Source of the DNA: the human T2T-CHM13v2.0 reference genome, Homo sapiens
DNA length: 64,000 nucleotides
Reading direction: 5' to 3' (one strand)
NCBI RefSeq assembly: GCF_009914755.1
Contig: NC_060939.1
Shown: piece by piece, positions 51,086-64,000 of the stretch
Position numbering within the stretch: the stretch's first letter is position 1
Layout of the letters: every line of letters begins with the position of its first letter
Notes under the pieces: model-generated
What the model saw: only the letters and a program-made list of their open reading frames with translations
Told to the model about the DNA's origin: nothing
Database searches by the model: none
Position numbers and translations under genes: made by a program

Positions 51086-53052
51086 GAGGTGTTAGAAGTC
51101 TTAGACAGGTCACAGCATGACACTTGTGCTCTCAAAAAGGGCTGAGTAGGAGAATAGAGAGTCCCACATGTAGGGATCCTCCAGACATGAGACTTCCTCT
51201 GACAACTGCCTCAATAGACAATGGAGACCCACATAGGGGAGGACAGCTCAGCAAATGCTCAGATGACATCGTGGACCAGTAGGGCCCTGGAAATGATCAT
51301 GTTGTTAGATAAGGTTCCTGGAACATAAATGTAAATCTGGGGAAAAGGCAAAAAAAAAAGCCCAAAGTATTTGAGCATACAATTTTGCCATCCTTCAGAA
51401 CGGGGACTCAAAATACAAATTACATTCTTACCAAAAGATAGTTACATATCTTGCACGCCTGAGTTTGTGAAGCGAAATTTGTATCTGCTACATGTATTTC
51501 ACCGACAAGAAACACAAGTATTGGAGGGTTGGCCTTGCCCCAGGGTCTTACCATGTGTCTAGCTCCCTCATCTGTGCTGTTTTCATCACACAGGGAAAAC
51601 CAAAGGCTGGGAGAGCAGCACTGGGAGTGAGCACAGTACCACCTGGAACTGATTTTTGGAACAGGGTCTTAATCAGGTGCAGCCACAGAGAAGTAAAGTC
51701 TCTTCCCAAGTCCCAACCCAAATGAAGTAGCAGCTTTCAAATGCCTTACCCGGCAAGGGAATAAATAAATGTTAAACAGAGGGTGAAAAGAATTCCTTTG
51801 AGCTAGTCAAGTTTTGCTAAATAATTCAGGAGCTGAGTTTGATGAGGAGTAGGAGGGAAAGCGAGATTACTAATGCAACGGATGGCTTGTGTGGGAGGAA
51901 GGACATGGTCTATGGGATCCAAGCAGTGGGCAACAGGGTGATCTGCTGAGGTCTAAGCATGGCTGGGGTCAGCTCTCAATGAGCCTTGGAAGATGGTACG
52001 TAAACAGCATTACAATGAAAAGGAGGCAGGGTCCTCACTGATGGACATCACCAGTAGACCCTGAACCAATCAGTCAATTACTAAGGGCAGGGTATTCACT
52101 GACTCTCCTGCCTGGTATTCCTCCTGCAATGAGAATAGCAATGCCCCAACCAATATCAAGACAAAGGAGTCAAACAGAGCTCAGGCACCAGCCTGTAAGA
52201 CCTTCTGAAAGTAAGCGAATGGAAATGCCTTATGAGGGAAGCCTCTTCTTAGCAACTGTCTCTCCACGGCACAGGGAGGGCACCCCAGGCCAAGGCTCAG
52301 GAGGACTCTCACATACCCCTAACTCGATGTGAGAGCCATATCCTACCCTTTTCTTCCAGCTTCTTAGGCACGGCTGAGCCTCTGAATGTTCGGTTTCCCT
52401 GAACTTTGGAGGGAGACTTCAGCATGCAGTTCCTCTAACTCAAGTGCCCTAGCTATGCTGGCCATTAAAGTTAGTTTTAGAAACCAAGATGGCATCTCTC
52501 TCCTTAGTGCCCAACTGGCATCAGGTGAGGAAGATACAGAGAGCGTGGGGCTACTCCAGACTAGGGAACCCAAGTAGTGACTAGTGACCCAGGCCCCTGA
52601 CCCTCATTCCCCAGTCACCACGCAGGGACTGAAGTGCTCTGGGCACCCTGGGCTGCCTCTAAGCTGCAGGAGTAGAGGCAGAAGCTGCTCTTTCAACACC
52701 ACTGACATCTTCCCCTTTTACTTTCTAACTGTATGGCTACAATTTTGGCCACAGGGACTGTTTCTGCATCTTTCCCAAGCCAAGATGGAGAGAAAGGGAC
52801 CTGGCAGTGTCACCTGTAACAAGGCACATAACTTTTGTGTTGGGACACAGAATTTATTCTCTCATTTTTCTTAAACATGTCTTACCACAATATCTTGCAG
52901 AAAATGTGCTCATTTAGTTTTTTTTTCCCCCAATTTAGCACAACTTGAAGGAAGCAATACAAACAAGGAGGAGGTTGTGCCTGACACATGGTGCACTCTG
53001 GTATTTTGAAACTTAAGTATCTTCCTAAGAGCTCTGTGAAACAGCTATTAGT

Positions 53053-53427
53053 ACAGTAGCCCCCCATTATCCACCAGGGATACTTTCCAAGACCCCCCAG
53101 TGGATGCCAGAAACTGCAGATAGTACCAAATCTGACACATGCTACGGTTATTCTTATTATTTTTTAATCAAATAACCAAGCCAAGTACTAAGTAACTCAC
53201 AGACAGGTAGCACATATGGTATGGATACACTGAACAAAAAGATGATGCTTTGTCCCTGATGGGATAAAGCAGGGTGGCACAAGATTGCATCATGTTACTC
53301 AAAACTGTACATGATTTAAAACTTATGAATTGTGTATATCTGGAATTTTCCAGTTAATATCTTCAGACTGCAGTTTACTGTGGGTAACTGAAGCTGCAGA
53401 AAGCAAAACCTCAGCGGGAGACTCCTG
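53053..53427 (-). mobile_element. MER44 (Tigger7-derived)
   Basis: TA-flanked cagtagccccccattatcc...ccaagaccccccagtggatgcc...gtgggtaactgaa...gagactcctg. Confidence 0.8.
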
Positions 53428-55743
53428 TACATTCATCTTATAGATGAAGACACTGAGGTTCAGGGAGGCAAATAAACTAGCCCAAAGCCACGCAGCTAAT
53501 ACTTGATGAATCTGGGACTTGATCTCAGGTCTGACTCCAAAGCCCAAGCTTTTTTCAATTGGCAGGTTAAAAAGCCGGGTGTTTGTGAGGTTCAAATAAG
53601 GTAATACCCACTACTTACCTCAGAGCTTGGCACATAATAAATGCTTAATAGAAAGTTTACCTGTCTATTCTTCTTTTCACATAGGAAAAGATTTTTAAAA
53701 ATAGATGAATTAGCCTGGCAGTTGAAATGACCATAAGCACTTAAAATGGAGATTTAGGCATCATCCAATCATTGGGATACTGTCTGGAGTTTGAACACAT
53801 GGATCCTCACACAAGGATTCTTGACCTTGTTGTGCGACCAGAGGCAGTTTAAGCAACCTCTCTGGGCTTCCAGATTGTAGGGTGTAGCTTCCCGAACTTC
53901 TTTGAGCTGGTCATTCACAGCCCAGGGACTTTGGCTCCCTGGAGAATCAGAGGACTAATTCAAGGAACCTGGGAATCATGCGGATGCCAAGCATTGTCTC
54001 TAAAGAGGGAACACGTAACATCTCACCTACGCACACCATTATTTTCTAATTGTGTGTAGAATTCATGATTAAGAAATTACAAATTTCCTTAAAGGCACTG
54101 TTGACCTCAGAAGACATTTATATCATTAAGAATTTATTAGCTACAAAATCTAGGTCAGGTTATTTATACTTTCTGAACTTAGGATATTCTTATCTGTAAT
54201 GTGGAAATATTAGTAGTTCTCATTGCAGTGTTTTTTAAGGATTTATTATATATTGAAAGAGTTAAACACAATACCTGGTATAGTAAGTACCCAATTAATG
54301 ATAACCTTAAAATATCAATTATTATTACTATTGAAATGCTTTCATATTAAAAAGAGCTCCTCATCCTCATTCTGCTAAATATTGGGGGCAAAACAAAAGC
54401 CAACTATAGGAAAGAGGAAGTTCCAGGTGTGGAAATGCCTCTCCCTATGGTTTTGGCCTGCAGCTGTTTTGCAGTCAGAAGATCTCTAGAGCCTAGGAAA
54501 ATGCCTATAATTCTACCTGGTCTTTGACTACATATTAGTATCAGAAGTAGATGAGTGGGTAGAAGGATTAAAGATAAGTTAACTACAAATACTTAAAGTG
54601 ATTTAAGCAAGAAGGGCTTACTAGTACCTCTCTTATCAAGAGGTCACATACAACAAGTCAGCTGACCTCTGGTCTGGGACCTCCATCTTTACATCAAGGT
54701 CTTCCACCTTGACCTCTCTGTCCTTCTTCTACCATCCTCAGCCGGGCAGTGCCTCTCCAAATATGGTTGCAGCAGCTCCAAGTACAGCATCCTCAGCAGA
54801 ATCGACTTCACAGGGAGGAATAAAAGGGAGGCAAAACCTCCTATATATCCTCCTCCTTATTTCACCAGAGAGGAAAATCTCTCCCCAACCTTTCAGCACA
54901 CCTTCCCTGATAACCTCAACTGGCCATGCGTGGGTCATATGTAGCAACCTCTAAATCAAGAAGAATAATATTGTCTGGGTGAAGACTTGCCCAGGGCTGA
55001 GCTCATCTTTTCTGAGCACAGTCCCTCAATGCTCAACTTCTATTAGAGAGAAAGAAGTTCCAGTAGGCAACACCCAAGTGTACCATAGACTGGGCCTAAG
55101 AAAAAGGGAAGACGGAATAGAGACCTCTCCCTGCCTGCTCAGAGTGTCTCACATCCTCCCTCAATACTCCTTTGTCCACCCCCGCCTGACTGACTTTCTA
55201 AAGCTCTGCTTGCCCCCTGTGGCTCCAAGTTAAAAAACCCAATATGGCGGTGCCAAATGCTGAACCACATTCTGCAGCAGGTCATTCTAGGCTGACCTTA
55301 CCTGAGCTGATCTGCTCTCTGCTGCCTTGTCCTGCCTTTCTCCGTCCTTCTTGCCTCTTCACCTTTGCCCAAGCTTTCTCCATTTTTTCACCAAATTATA
55401 TATTGTAAACATAGAAGGCTGAGTTTGTTCCCACTTTTCCCAATGGGTCCGGCCTAACCAGTATTCTGTTGCTTTTCTGAACTCTTACAGTAAAAAAAAA
55501 AAAAAAAAAAAAAGCCTGTGGAAGAGTAGCCTGCTTATTGAAAAGTGCACATATCATACGTATACACTGCTAAGTATAAAATCAGCACCCAGATCCTATT
55601 TAATTTAGCTTTGAAACTTACTGCATCTTCTATCACTATGTAACCTTTCCTCTGTATGTTGTCTTCCTTTACCTTGATTGAGGGTAGGAACTCTGACTTA
55701 CACTCTCTAAAATTATAATAAGTGCTCAATAAATACATGTATG

Positions 55744-55985
55744 TGGTTGCCCCTTGAACAACATGGGTTTGAACTGCCCAGGTCCACTTATACCTGGATT
55801 TCCCTCTGCCTCTGCCTCTGCCACTCAAGACAGCAAGATCAACCCCTCCTCTTCCTCCTCCCTCTCAGTCTACTCCATCTGAAGACTAGGATGAAAACCT
55901 TCATGATGATCTACTTCCATTTAAGAGTTAATATATTTTCTCTTCCTTATTACTTTCTTCATAACAGTTTCTTTTCTCTATTTTT
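55744..55985 (+). mobile_element. Tigger2a/MER28 5' fragment
   Basis: cccttgaacaacatgggtttgaactg...ggtccacttatac...agacagcaagatcaacccctcctcttcctcctcc. Confidence 0.82.
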
Positions 55986-56779
55986 CTCTACTAGCAAACA
56001 ATGTCAATATTTTCACAATTGCTCTCTACCTTAGTGCTAAAAAAGAAATATGAAAACTGAAGAATGGCAGCATAGCATTGCAGACATTTTCCCAAAGAAT
56101 AGGCACAGATCATTAACGGTACACAAGATATGGTTAGGTCTAGCATTGCCCATATAGAATGGCAAAATAAAACTAATTAATTTGGTTATTGGTTAATCCC
56201 TTTGGTTACTGAATATGTGGTACACAGATATGTCATTAGATAGCATTCATTCATACAGTGAGGAAACTATTCTACTTTCAATTTTTTTCTATTCACTACT
56301 TAGGTTAAAGAGGAAATCTATTTGGTATTGGTGTGTCTTTAACATTTTAAAATACTACTAATTGCCTGTTTAAAAAGCTCTATAGAATCACAATCTTTGC
56401 AGGCAGCAGTATCTAGAAAAAATTAATATTATCATATTTTTATGGCAACCTTATTCTGGCAAGAGATACATACAGCTTTTCTAATTTCAATGGTGATAAT
56501 GTTTCATTTTTTAAAGAATTATGAAAAAGAAGTGAGCTCATTTAAAGAAAAATTGTAAGAAAGGAATACACATGACATGCTGATATTGCAAAACAAGTGA
56601 TGGTGTTACTTGAGTGACAGATGTTTGATAGTGTGACATAAATGGTAGTCAAAAGAAGATGGAATTGGGATTCAGAAACACCCTCATCCTCAAGCAGTAA
56701 CTGCAAGAGCCAGCGGGCCTAGTTTCCTTTCCTACCCAGGCAGGTGCTACATGCAGTGAGTTTGTCCTGATGGAATGAA

Positions 56780-57620
56780 GTGTAGCGGGCATTGCAGTTA
56801 ACTCCCAAAATTCCATCCCACATCATTTTAGGCTAAGAGCAAAAAGTCACTTGGCTTATAGCATTTCTTTGGTGATTGATTTTGGCCTAAAACGAGGCAA
56901 GTGTGATCTAATTTAGTCCAATCAGGTGAACAGGAAGGGATTTTATACCATGGATTCGGAAAGTGGGCTTTCTCTTTCTCTCCTATGAATAAGAAAGGCT
57001 GTCACTCCAATTTCTCACGGCTGTCACCTTATAACCATCAAAGAAAGGATTGCGGGCTGAAGGCAAAGATGAAGACACCAGCATGGCGAGATGAAGAGGA
57101 TAGGACCTTGATGGCATAGCTGAGAAGTTTCTCATTCTATGCTTAGGTCCTGACCTACTTCTCCACTTCCAGTTACAGGAGATAACCTTCCCTCATTAAG
57201 TCAGCTTGAGCTGGGGTTTTCTGTTACTGCTATGGTCCAAATGTTTGTGTAGTCCCCCAGATTTATAGGTTGAACCCTAACCACCAATGTAATAGCATTA
57301 GGAAGTAGAGCCTTTCGGAGGTGACTAGATTATGAGGGTAGAGCTGTCACAAATGGGATTAGTGCCCTTTTAAAACAAATCTCAGAGAAATGCCTTACCC
57401 CTTCTACCATGTTCAGGCACTGCAAGAAGGTACCATTTATGAACCAAAAAATGGTTTGCAAGACATTGAATCTGCTGGTGCCCTGATCTTGGATTTCCCA
57501 GCCTCCAGAACTGTGAGAAATAAGTTTCTGTTGTTTATAAGCTACCCAGTTTACAATATTTTGTTACAGCAGTCCCAATGGACTAAGTTATGCACAGCTC
57601 AAAGCCCCTACTAATCCTTA
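56780..57620 (+). mobile_element. Old MLT1 (J/K-like) LTR interrupted by MLT1A0
   Basis: gtgattg...gtgtgatctaatttagtccaatca and terminal ttaagtcagcttgagctggggttttctgttac. Confidence 0.5.
57228..57590 (+). mobile_element. MLT1A0 solo LTR
   Basis: tgctatggt...aatgggattagtgccctt...cccagcctccagaactgtgagaaataa...atggactaag. Confidence 0.88.
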
Positions 57621-59349
57621 ACTTTTTGAGGAGTCCCAAAGGAGCTGGATATCCTGCCTGATTCCAGTTAATGACACAGAGGTGAGAGGAGTCAAGCAGA
57701 TGAATCTATAACCCTGGCTCAGGTGATGTGTGGCTTTCTTCACACCTTTCAGTAGGAATTTATGCCATTTGGCTTCCAATTTCTGACTCTCCTTTCAAGA
57801 CAGCAATGCAAATAGGTGGTGCATTCAAATAACCCAAAGGGATGATGATGCATTTTCCTGGGATTCTAGGTCCTAATCCACCAATACTGCCCTCAGGCCT
57901 GCATGAAACATCATTTGAAATTGAAAGTGGGACACTGACACGCCTCCTCCTAGTCCTGCTATCTTGTTCCACCACCTTGGGGCAATGAATAGTTGCCCTC
58001 TCATCCCTTTGCATTAATCTTTGTCACCTAAAACCTCTAAAAATGTCATCAATCTGCCTCCTCGTTTTTCTCTTCAGACTAAATCCTTTTAGTCCATTCT
58101 TATAAGTATTATTTCTAACTTTTAAATTATTATTTGACTCCAATCCAGATCAGACAGTGACCAAGATCCTCTACAGTTAAAACTCCTTCTATTACATATG
58201 GCTATAATAAGGCCTGAAAGAGACTGGATTTGGGAAACTACACTTTGTGAGTATAAACTGAGTGAAGCACAAGCGTAAGGTACCATGACTGAAGAGAGAA
58301 GGAGTTCAATTATGCTCACCACTTTTTTTCGGTTGAACTGAACTGTCATTTCAGCTACTCTTGTTAAACTGGCTGCTCTTGCAGGGCTGGTGTATTAGAA
58401 AAGCCATAGCCTCTAATTAGGAAACCTCTGCTCTCAGCTCAGCTCTGCCACTAGCTAGAGCTACCTGTGTGTGATCTTGAGCAAGTAACATTCCTGACCT
58501 AGGCCTCTCTCCGTTTCCACCAAAATTATGTGACCTAATGGCAAAAATGAAGTGATCAGCAGCCCATAGACTGAATCAGAGAATATTCTAGGGTTACAGA
58601 CCAAGTCAAGGCAAGCAGTGATTTGAAAGGGTAGGATTTTGTTTGAACGTTTTTCCTTCTTGTCTCTTAGTGGCTTCACATTCAGGCTGCTTCATCAGAC
58701 TCCAGCCAGGTTTGTCTTCCTCCTTTTCCAGGGAGAGAACACGGGGCCCATGCAAGAGACTTTCCCTTTGATATCTCAGTGGTGTGCTGGCACATGCTAT
58801 AGACCTATGACTCCCCTTACATGCATAATAAAATAGGCTTCCAGGGAAGGAACTCTCAGCTGCAGGGAGCAGTCCTAGATAGAATGGAATGAGAAGCAGT
58901 GACTTTAAGATGACCATTGTGTGCGCTATATGTAGCAAGGTACCACGTTCCTGGACAACATTCACCAGGCCCTTCTGTGTGCTTGGCCTTATTTAACCCT
59001 CAAGGCAAATCTGCCAGGGAGATGTCACGAGCAGGGCATTCAACTTGCATGCACGCATATGACCACACCAGTTGTAAAAATATCAAAATACTTCTACGAC
59101 AGCTGGCAAATAGCCTCTACCCCAAACCCTGAGTGCCCTTTACTTTCTTGGCCCCAGCAAGTAAAAGATGTACCTGAGCATGAAGTGGGACTTCCAGAAG
59201 CCAACTCCAGTGCTGACAGCATCTGTTATTGTTAGTGCTTTGCTTTCATTGATTATTTTCAATATCATATTTTATGCACAGTGCATAGAATATATAATTA
59301 TATAGGTCAGGGGTCTACAACAAAGTTTAGTTGTTTACCTATGGAAGTA

Positions 59350-59744
59350 ATGATGAATGGATAAATACAATGTGGTATAAATGAATCCATAATGGAATAT
59401 TATCTGGCCATGAAAAGGAATGAAGTACTGATGCATGCTACAACATGGATGAACCTCAAAAAATTAGGCTACATGAAAGAAGCCAAATATAATGGGCCAT
59501 GTTTGTATGATCCCATTTATATAAAATATCCAGAACAGGCAAATCTAGAGACAAAAAAAGTGTTTGCCATGGCCTGGGGGTGGGAGGACAGCTGAATGGT
59601 ATGGAATTTCTTCCGGGGATAATGAAAATGTTCTAAAACTTATTTGGGTGATGGATGCATAACTGTGTGAACATACAAAAGCTCATTGAATTATATACTT
59701 TAAGTGGATGAATTGTATGGCATATGAATTAAAGCTGTTTAAAA
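59350..59744 (+). mobile_element. L1MB-type 3' end
   Basis: aaaaggaatgaagtactgatgcatgctacaacatggatgaacctc...gaaaatgttctaaaact...aattgtatggcatatgaattaaagctg. Confidence 0.82.
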
Positions 59745-61104
59745 GATTACAGGATAAAATGTCCATAAATATTTACTAAGTTTAAAATTATATATATATA
59801 TGCACACATATGTACCATCGCATTCACATATTATGTACACTATACCAAAAATACAGAAACTAGACTTTTATAGGCTGAAATGAAAAATAAATAGAAGTTT
59901 TCATATTTTCTGCCTGTAACCCAGTGGATTGCTTTTGGAGACCCCTGCTCTAGAAGCAGCAGTAGAGGCTCAGAAAATTTGCAGAACCCATCTCTTCACA
60001 TTGCCTTTGCTCTTTCTAGCACAGCATACAGATTCCAGGGCTTCTCAGAGGTTGAGGAAAGACAGAGAACATGGCCATTTTTTGATGCTCACAATCAAGA
60101 AAGAAATGCCAAAAATGGGATTAAAATATCAAGAACTATTTAAATTGTTTACATTTTTAGAATTAAGGCTTTTGACAGAAGAGAATGCTATACAATCATT
60201 CTATTCACAAGGTAATTAGAGCTTTCCTAGAAAAAATTAATTCAAAGCACACGAAGGCAGTGGGGTGTGGTTACAGAGAACAACTGGAAGGTTGTGTGTT
60301 AATCTCTTCATTCTCTCCAGTCAGTCTCTGGGGGAGTCTGTGCACAACCTCATTTGGTGATGGCATTTGAGGTCCCAGTAAGTGCGGAAGCCAAACTAAA
60401 TCAACCCTGGGCTCCTGCTGTGTTAGCAATATGGACCCTGTGCTTCAGGGCAGAAACAGGAGAGCTAGAGAAGGGGGCAGGGGAAGTGAGTGGCCTGCAG
60501 AACCCCCTTTTCTGCCTGCAAGCAAGCATTCTGCAAGATTGCTTGTCTTTCACCAACAACTGTAATTGGAAAGCAAAGGAAAATGAAAGAAGGTTGTAGG
60601 AGGAGCCACCAGTTCAAATGGGAGGAGGATTATGAAGTCTCCCAGAGGCAAGGCAACTCATTAATTCACAGCTGGCAGGATGCTTCCCGTCGAAGGTTGA
60701 TATTAAGAAAAGTTCAGTTCTTAAAAATGTATTTCATTCATGTGGATTTTGAAATTATTTTTTGAAAAAAAAATTAGTTCTTTTCCTGTTCTGATAGCAT
60801 GCCCAGGAAACAAGATGGTTTCTGTTTTGGGACAGATGATTCTGGAAAGATGTTAGAAATATAGTACATTGAAACAAAATCTTCCAGTATCATTAACCTA
60901 CACCTAGTGTTAAGCCCTGTCTTTTTTACAATGTTGCGGTCTCAGTAAATGGTTGATAAATAACTTCAGTACATTCATCAAATTATTTTTGGTTGTTTCT
61001 AGATCCAGAGGCCAGGAAAATGTCAGTGGAAAGCAGCTAGCATGAAGACCCTACAGTGTTCCTCCCTCTAGTAGTCTGGTATTATTTGGAGCTGAGATGC
61101 TGGC

Positions 61105-61523
61105 TAATATGGTTAGGACATTTCTCCCCTCCAAATCTCATGTGAGAATTTGATTCCCCGTTTTGGGGATGGGGTCTAGTGGGAAGAGTTTTGGTCATGA
61201 TTGGGAACCCCTCATAAATGGCTTGGTGCCCTGCTCACAAGAATGAATGAGCTCTCACTCTACTAGTTTACTGGAGAGCCGGTTTTTTAAAGAGCCTGGC
61301 ATCTCCCCCACTTTCTCTCTTGCTCCCCCATCTCACTGCAATATACCTGCTCCCCTTTGCCATCCATCATGAGTGGAAGCTTCTTGAAGCCTTCACCTGA
61401 AGCAGATGCCAACACTATGCTTCCTGTACAGCCTGCCATACCATGAGCCAAAATAAACCTCTTTTCTTTGTAAATTACCCAGCCTCAGGTATTCCTTTGT
61501 AACAATGCAAAGTGGACAAACAC
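61105..61523 (+). mobile_element. MSTB-like 5' LTR
   Basis: atatggtt...ccaaatctcatgt...aataaacctcttttctttgtaaattacccagcctcaggtattcc...acaca, followed directly by MaLR internal sequence. Confidence 0.88.
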
Positions 61524-61666
61524 AGAAAATTGGTACTGAGGAGTGGGGCTTTGCTATAAAGATAGCTGAATATGTGGAAGCAGCTTTGGAAATGAGTAAA
61601 TTGGCAGATATTGGAAGAATTTGGAGGGCTTAGAAGAAGACAAGAAGATGAGGGAAAATTTAGAAC

Positions 61667-62830
61667 TGTCAACCAAAGGATAATGAAGTTCATAAATGTG
61701 GAAAGGAGAGCTGTATTTCTCATAAATAGTTGCAGCCTGCAGGGTGGCCATTCAGAATGACTGGGAAGCATAGCCTCTGGCCAGAAGCCAGAAACAGGCA
61801 CTTGGAGTATAAGAATAAAACAAGGATTTGTGCTGAATGAGGTGGCCAAATATATATTCAGCAAGCTATAGGAGGAGCCATGAATATTTATGAAAGAATA
61901 AACACACACATGCTCAGTTGACCTCCAAGCCCCTTCATGGGGTCCATGTTCAAAAAATGGTAGTGTTAGCAAGATGTGTGGGGGGAGTTTTTGGGCCTCT
62001 GACTTCAAAAGATGAAGCAGAGGACATAAAACCCCTCAGTCAGTGCACAGCCTTCCTAGACTGACCAGAACCTCTCAGTGGTTGGTGGTCTCTTATCAGG
62101 AAGGAATGCTGGTTGGTTGGTCTGTTGAAACTGCAAAAGGGAGGAACAGCATCAGGTGGTTGGTTGAAATCAGTGGTGAGGTGACTCTTTTGAAAGGGCT
62201 GGTTCCAACCCAAATGCTCATCAATGATAGACTGGATAAAGAAAATGTGGCACATATATACCATACTATGCTGCCATAAAAAAGAATGAGTTCATGTCCT
62301 TTGCAGGGACATGGATGAAGCTGGAAACCATCATCCTCAGCAAACTAACACAGGAACAGAAAACCAATCATCACACGTTCTCAAAAGTGGGAGTTCAACA
62401 ATGAGACCACATGGACACAGGGAGAGGAACATCACACACAGTGGCCTGTTGGAGAATGAGGGGAAAGGGGAGGGAGAGCATTAGGACAAATACCTTAAAC
62501 CCTAGATGTCAGGGTGATAGGTGCAGCAAACCACCATGGCACATGTATTCCTATGTAACAAGCCTGCACTCTCGGCACATGTATCCCAGAACTTAAAGTA
62601 AAATAAATTAATTTTTAAAAAGAGAAAGGGCTGGTTCCTGCTTAGCCTTCAGAGAAGAAAGCCTAGCGGTGGTTAGCAAGGGACGGGCTCTGACGAGGCA
62701 TGTTTGACCTCCCATTGCATCAGGGCTGGGACTCAGTTTTAAGGTTTTTTTGGGGTCCCCTTGGCCAACAGGGGGTCCATTCAGTAGCCTGGGGTGGGGG
62801 GAAGGCTTAGGATTTCATTTTTATTTCTCA
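61667..62830 (-). mobile_element. ERV1 solo LTR (MER66-like) inserted in MST-int
   Basis: TG...CA termini and 4-bp TSD gaac/gaat; ggggtccccttggccaa...ggtccattcag; gggaagcatagcctctggccagaagccagaaac. Confidence 0.75.
62207..62623 (+). mobile_element. L1PA (about PA7-8) 3' end inserted in the MER66-like LTR
   Basis: L1 3'UTR (gcagggacatggatgaagctggaaaccatcat...cccagaacttaaagta). Perfect 15-bp TSD GAAAGGGCTGGTTCC at 62192-62206 and 62624-62638. Confidence 0.95.
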
Positions 62831-64000
62831 GAATGTACTGGAGATTCGTTAAATGATTATGACCAAAATGCTCATAGAAATATGGGCAGTGAAGGCCAGG
62901 TTGATGAGGTCTCAGATGAAAATGAAGAACTTATTGGGAGCTGGAGCACAGGTCACCCTCGTTACACCTTAGCAAAGAATTTGGCTGCATTGTGCCAATG
63001 TCCTAGGGCTTTGTGGAAGGCTGAGCTTCAGAGTGATGACTTAGGGTATCTGGAGGAAAAAAAAATTTCTATGCAGCCAAGTATTCAAGAAGTGGCAAGG
63101 CTGCTTCTACCAATCTAAGATCAGATATAGGACAAAGGAATGACTTAAATTTGGGACTTCCAATTTAAAGGGAAGTAGAGTGTAAAAACTTGGAAAGTCT
63201 GCAGCCTGGCTCATGGTGGAGAAGGGAAGAACATTTCAGGAGAGGAACCCAAAGGATAAGAATCCAAGAGGCATGAGGAACAACCACTTGCTGGAGAGAT
63301 TAGCATGACAGAAAGGGAAGCAGGTGCTACTAGTCAAGACAATGAGAAAAAGGCTACTCCTCCCATTGCAAGCCCAGAGGCCTAAGAGGACAGACTGGTT
63401 TCAGGGACAAGGCCAGGGGCATTGCTACTCAGTGCTGCCTTGGGGTGCTGCTTCCCTTATCCCAGCCATCTCGAGTCCAGCCTCCACTCAAAGGCCCCCA
63501 AACAGGAGCTCAGGCCTCCACTTCAGAGCGTGTGAACTGCAAGCCCTGGTAGTTTCCACTGGCATTAAGTCTGTAATTGTGCAGAATGCAAGAGTGGTGG
63601 AGGCTTGGCAGTTTCCACCTAGATTTCAGAGGATACATCAGAAAGCCTGGGTGCCCAGACAGAAGTCTGCTGCAGGGGCAGTGCCCCCATGGTTAGCCTT
63701 TTCTAGGGTAGTTCCAAGGGAAAATGTGGGGTTGGAGTCCCCACAGAGAGCCCCCACCAGGGCACTACCTAGTGGAGCAGTGGGAATGAGGCCACTGCCC
63801 TCCAGACTCCAGAATGGTAGAACCACTAGCAACTTGCACCTTAGCCTAGAAAAGCCACAGTCACTCAACTCCAACCCATGAGAGCAAGAACAGCAGCTGT
63901 ACCTTGCAAAGCAGGCACAGAGGCAGGGCTGCCTAAGCCCTTGTGAGCCCATCCCACACAACCGTGTACCCAGAATGTGGGAAATGGAATCAAGGGAGAT

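Larger units (their letters stand above)
61524..64000 (+). mobile_element. MST internal (MaLR-int) region, interrupted at 61667-62830; continues past window end
   Basis: gaaaattggtac...gtggaagcagctttggaa; resumes gaccaaaatgct...gaggtctcagatgaaaatgaaga...ccacctagatttcagagg. Confidence 0.88.

Noticed and set aside
32515-53625. Scattered minus-strand GTAAG(T) donor motifs (for example near 32521, 45637 and 53614)
   Set aside because: I found no paired acceptor or promoter context, and the frequency is compatible with chance.
62750-63961. ORFs of 107-185 aa
   Set aside because: Degenerate MaLR internal sequence; no intact gag or pol.

Overview
Human (primate) genomic DNA carrying the 3' end of SLCO3A1 (OATP3A1, organic anion transporting polypeptide; chr15q26.1 from recall) on the + strand. 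I assembled the last coding exons from GT/AG junctions and a continuous reading frame: 9419-9594, 13385-13449 and 25191-25570. The long isoform ends ...MESVL and has a ~2.8 kb 3'UTR to about 28345. An internal donor at 25433 joins an alternative terminal exon at 34215-34297 (short isoform, ends ...SFVRS, 18 aa shorter, polyA about 34870). The rest is intronic or intergenic and rich in repeats: a 5'-truncated antisense L1PA (1-3095), Alus, MaLR/ERVL/ERV1 LTRs, hAT and Tigger MITEs, MIR and L2, several nested insertions, a 350-bp TA tract and a 6 x 44-bp VNTR. There is no prokaryote-type system and no new protein-coding gene. The best unexplained leads are a ~100-nt near-perfect hairpin at 5236-5338, a possible MLT2A-LTR-driven antisense spliced transcript, the CpG/RUNX-motif VNTR just upstream of the last exon, and extra candidate C-terminal isoform switches. 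Repeat subfamily names and exon numbers come from recalled consensus sequences and annotation, not from a search.
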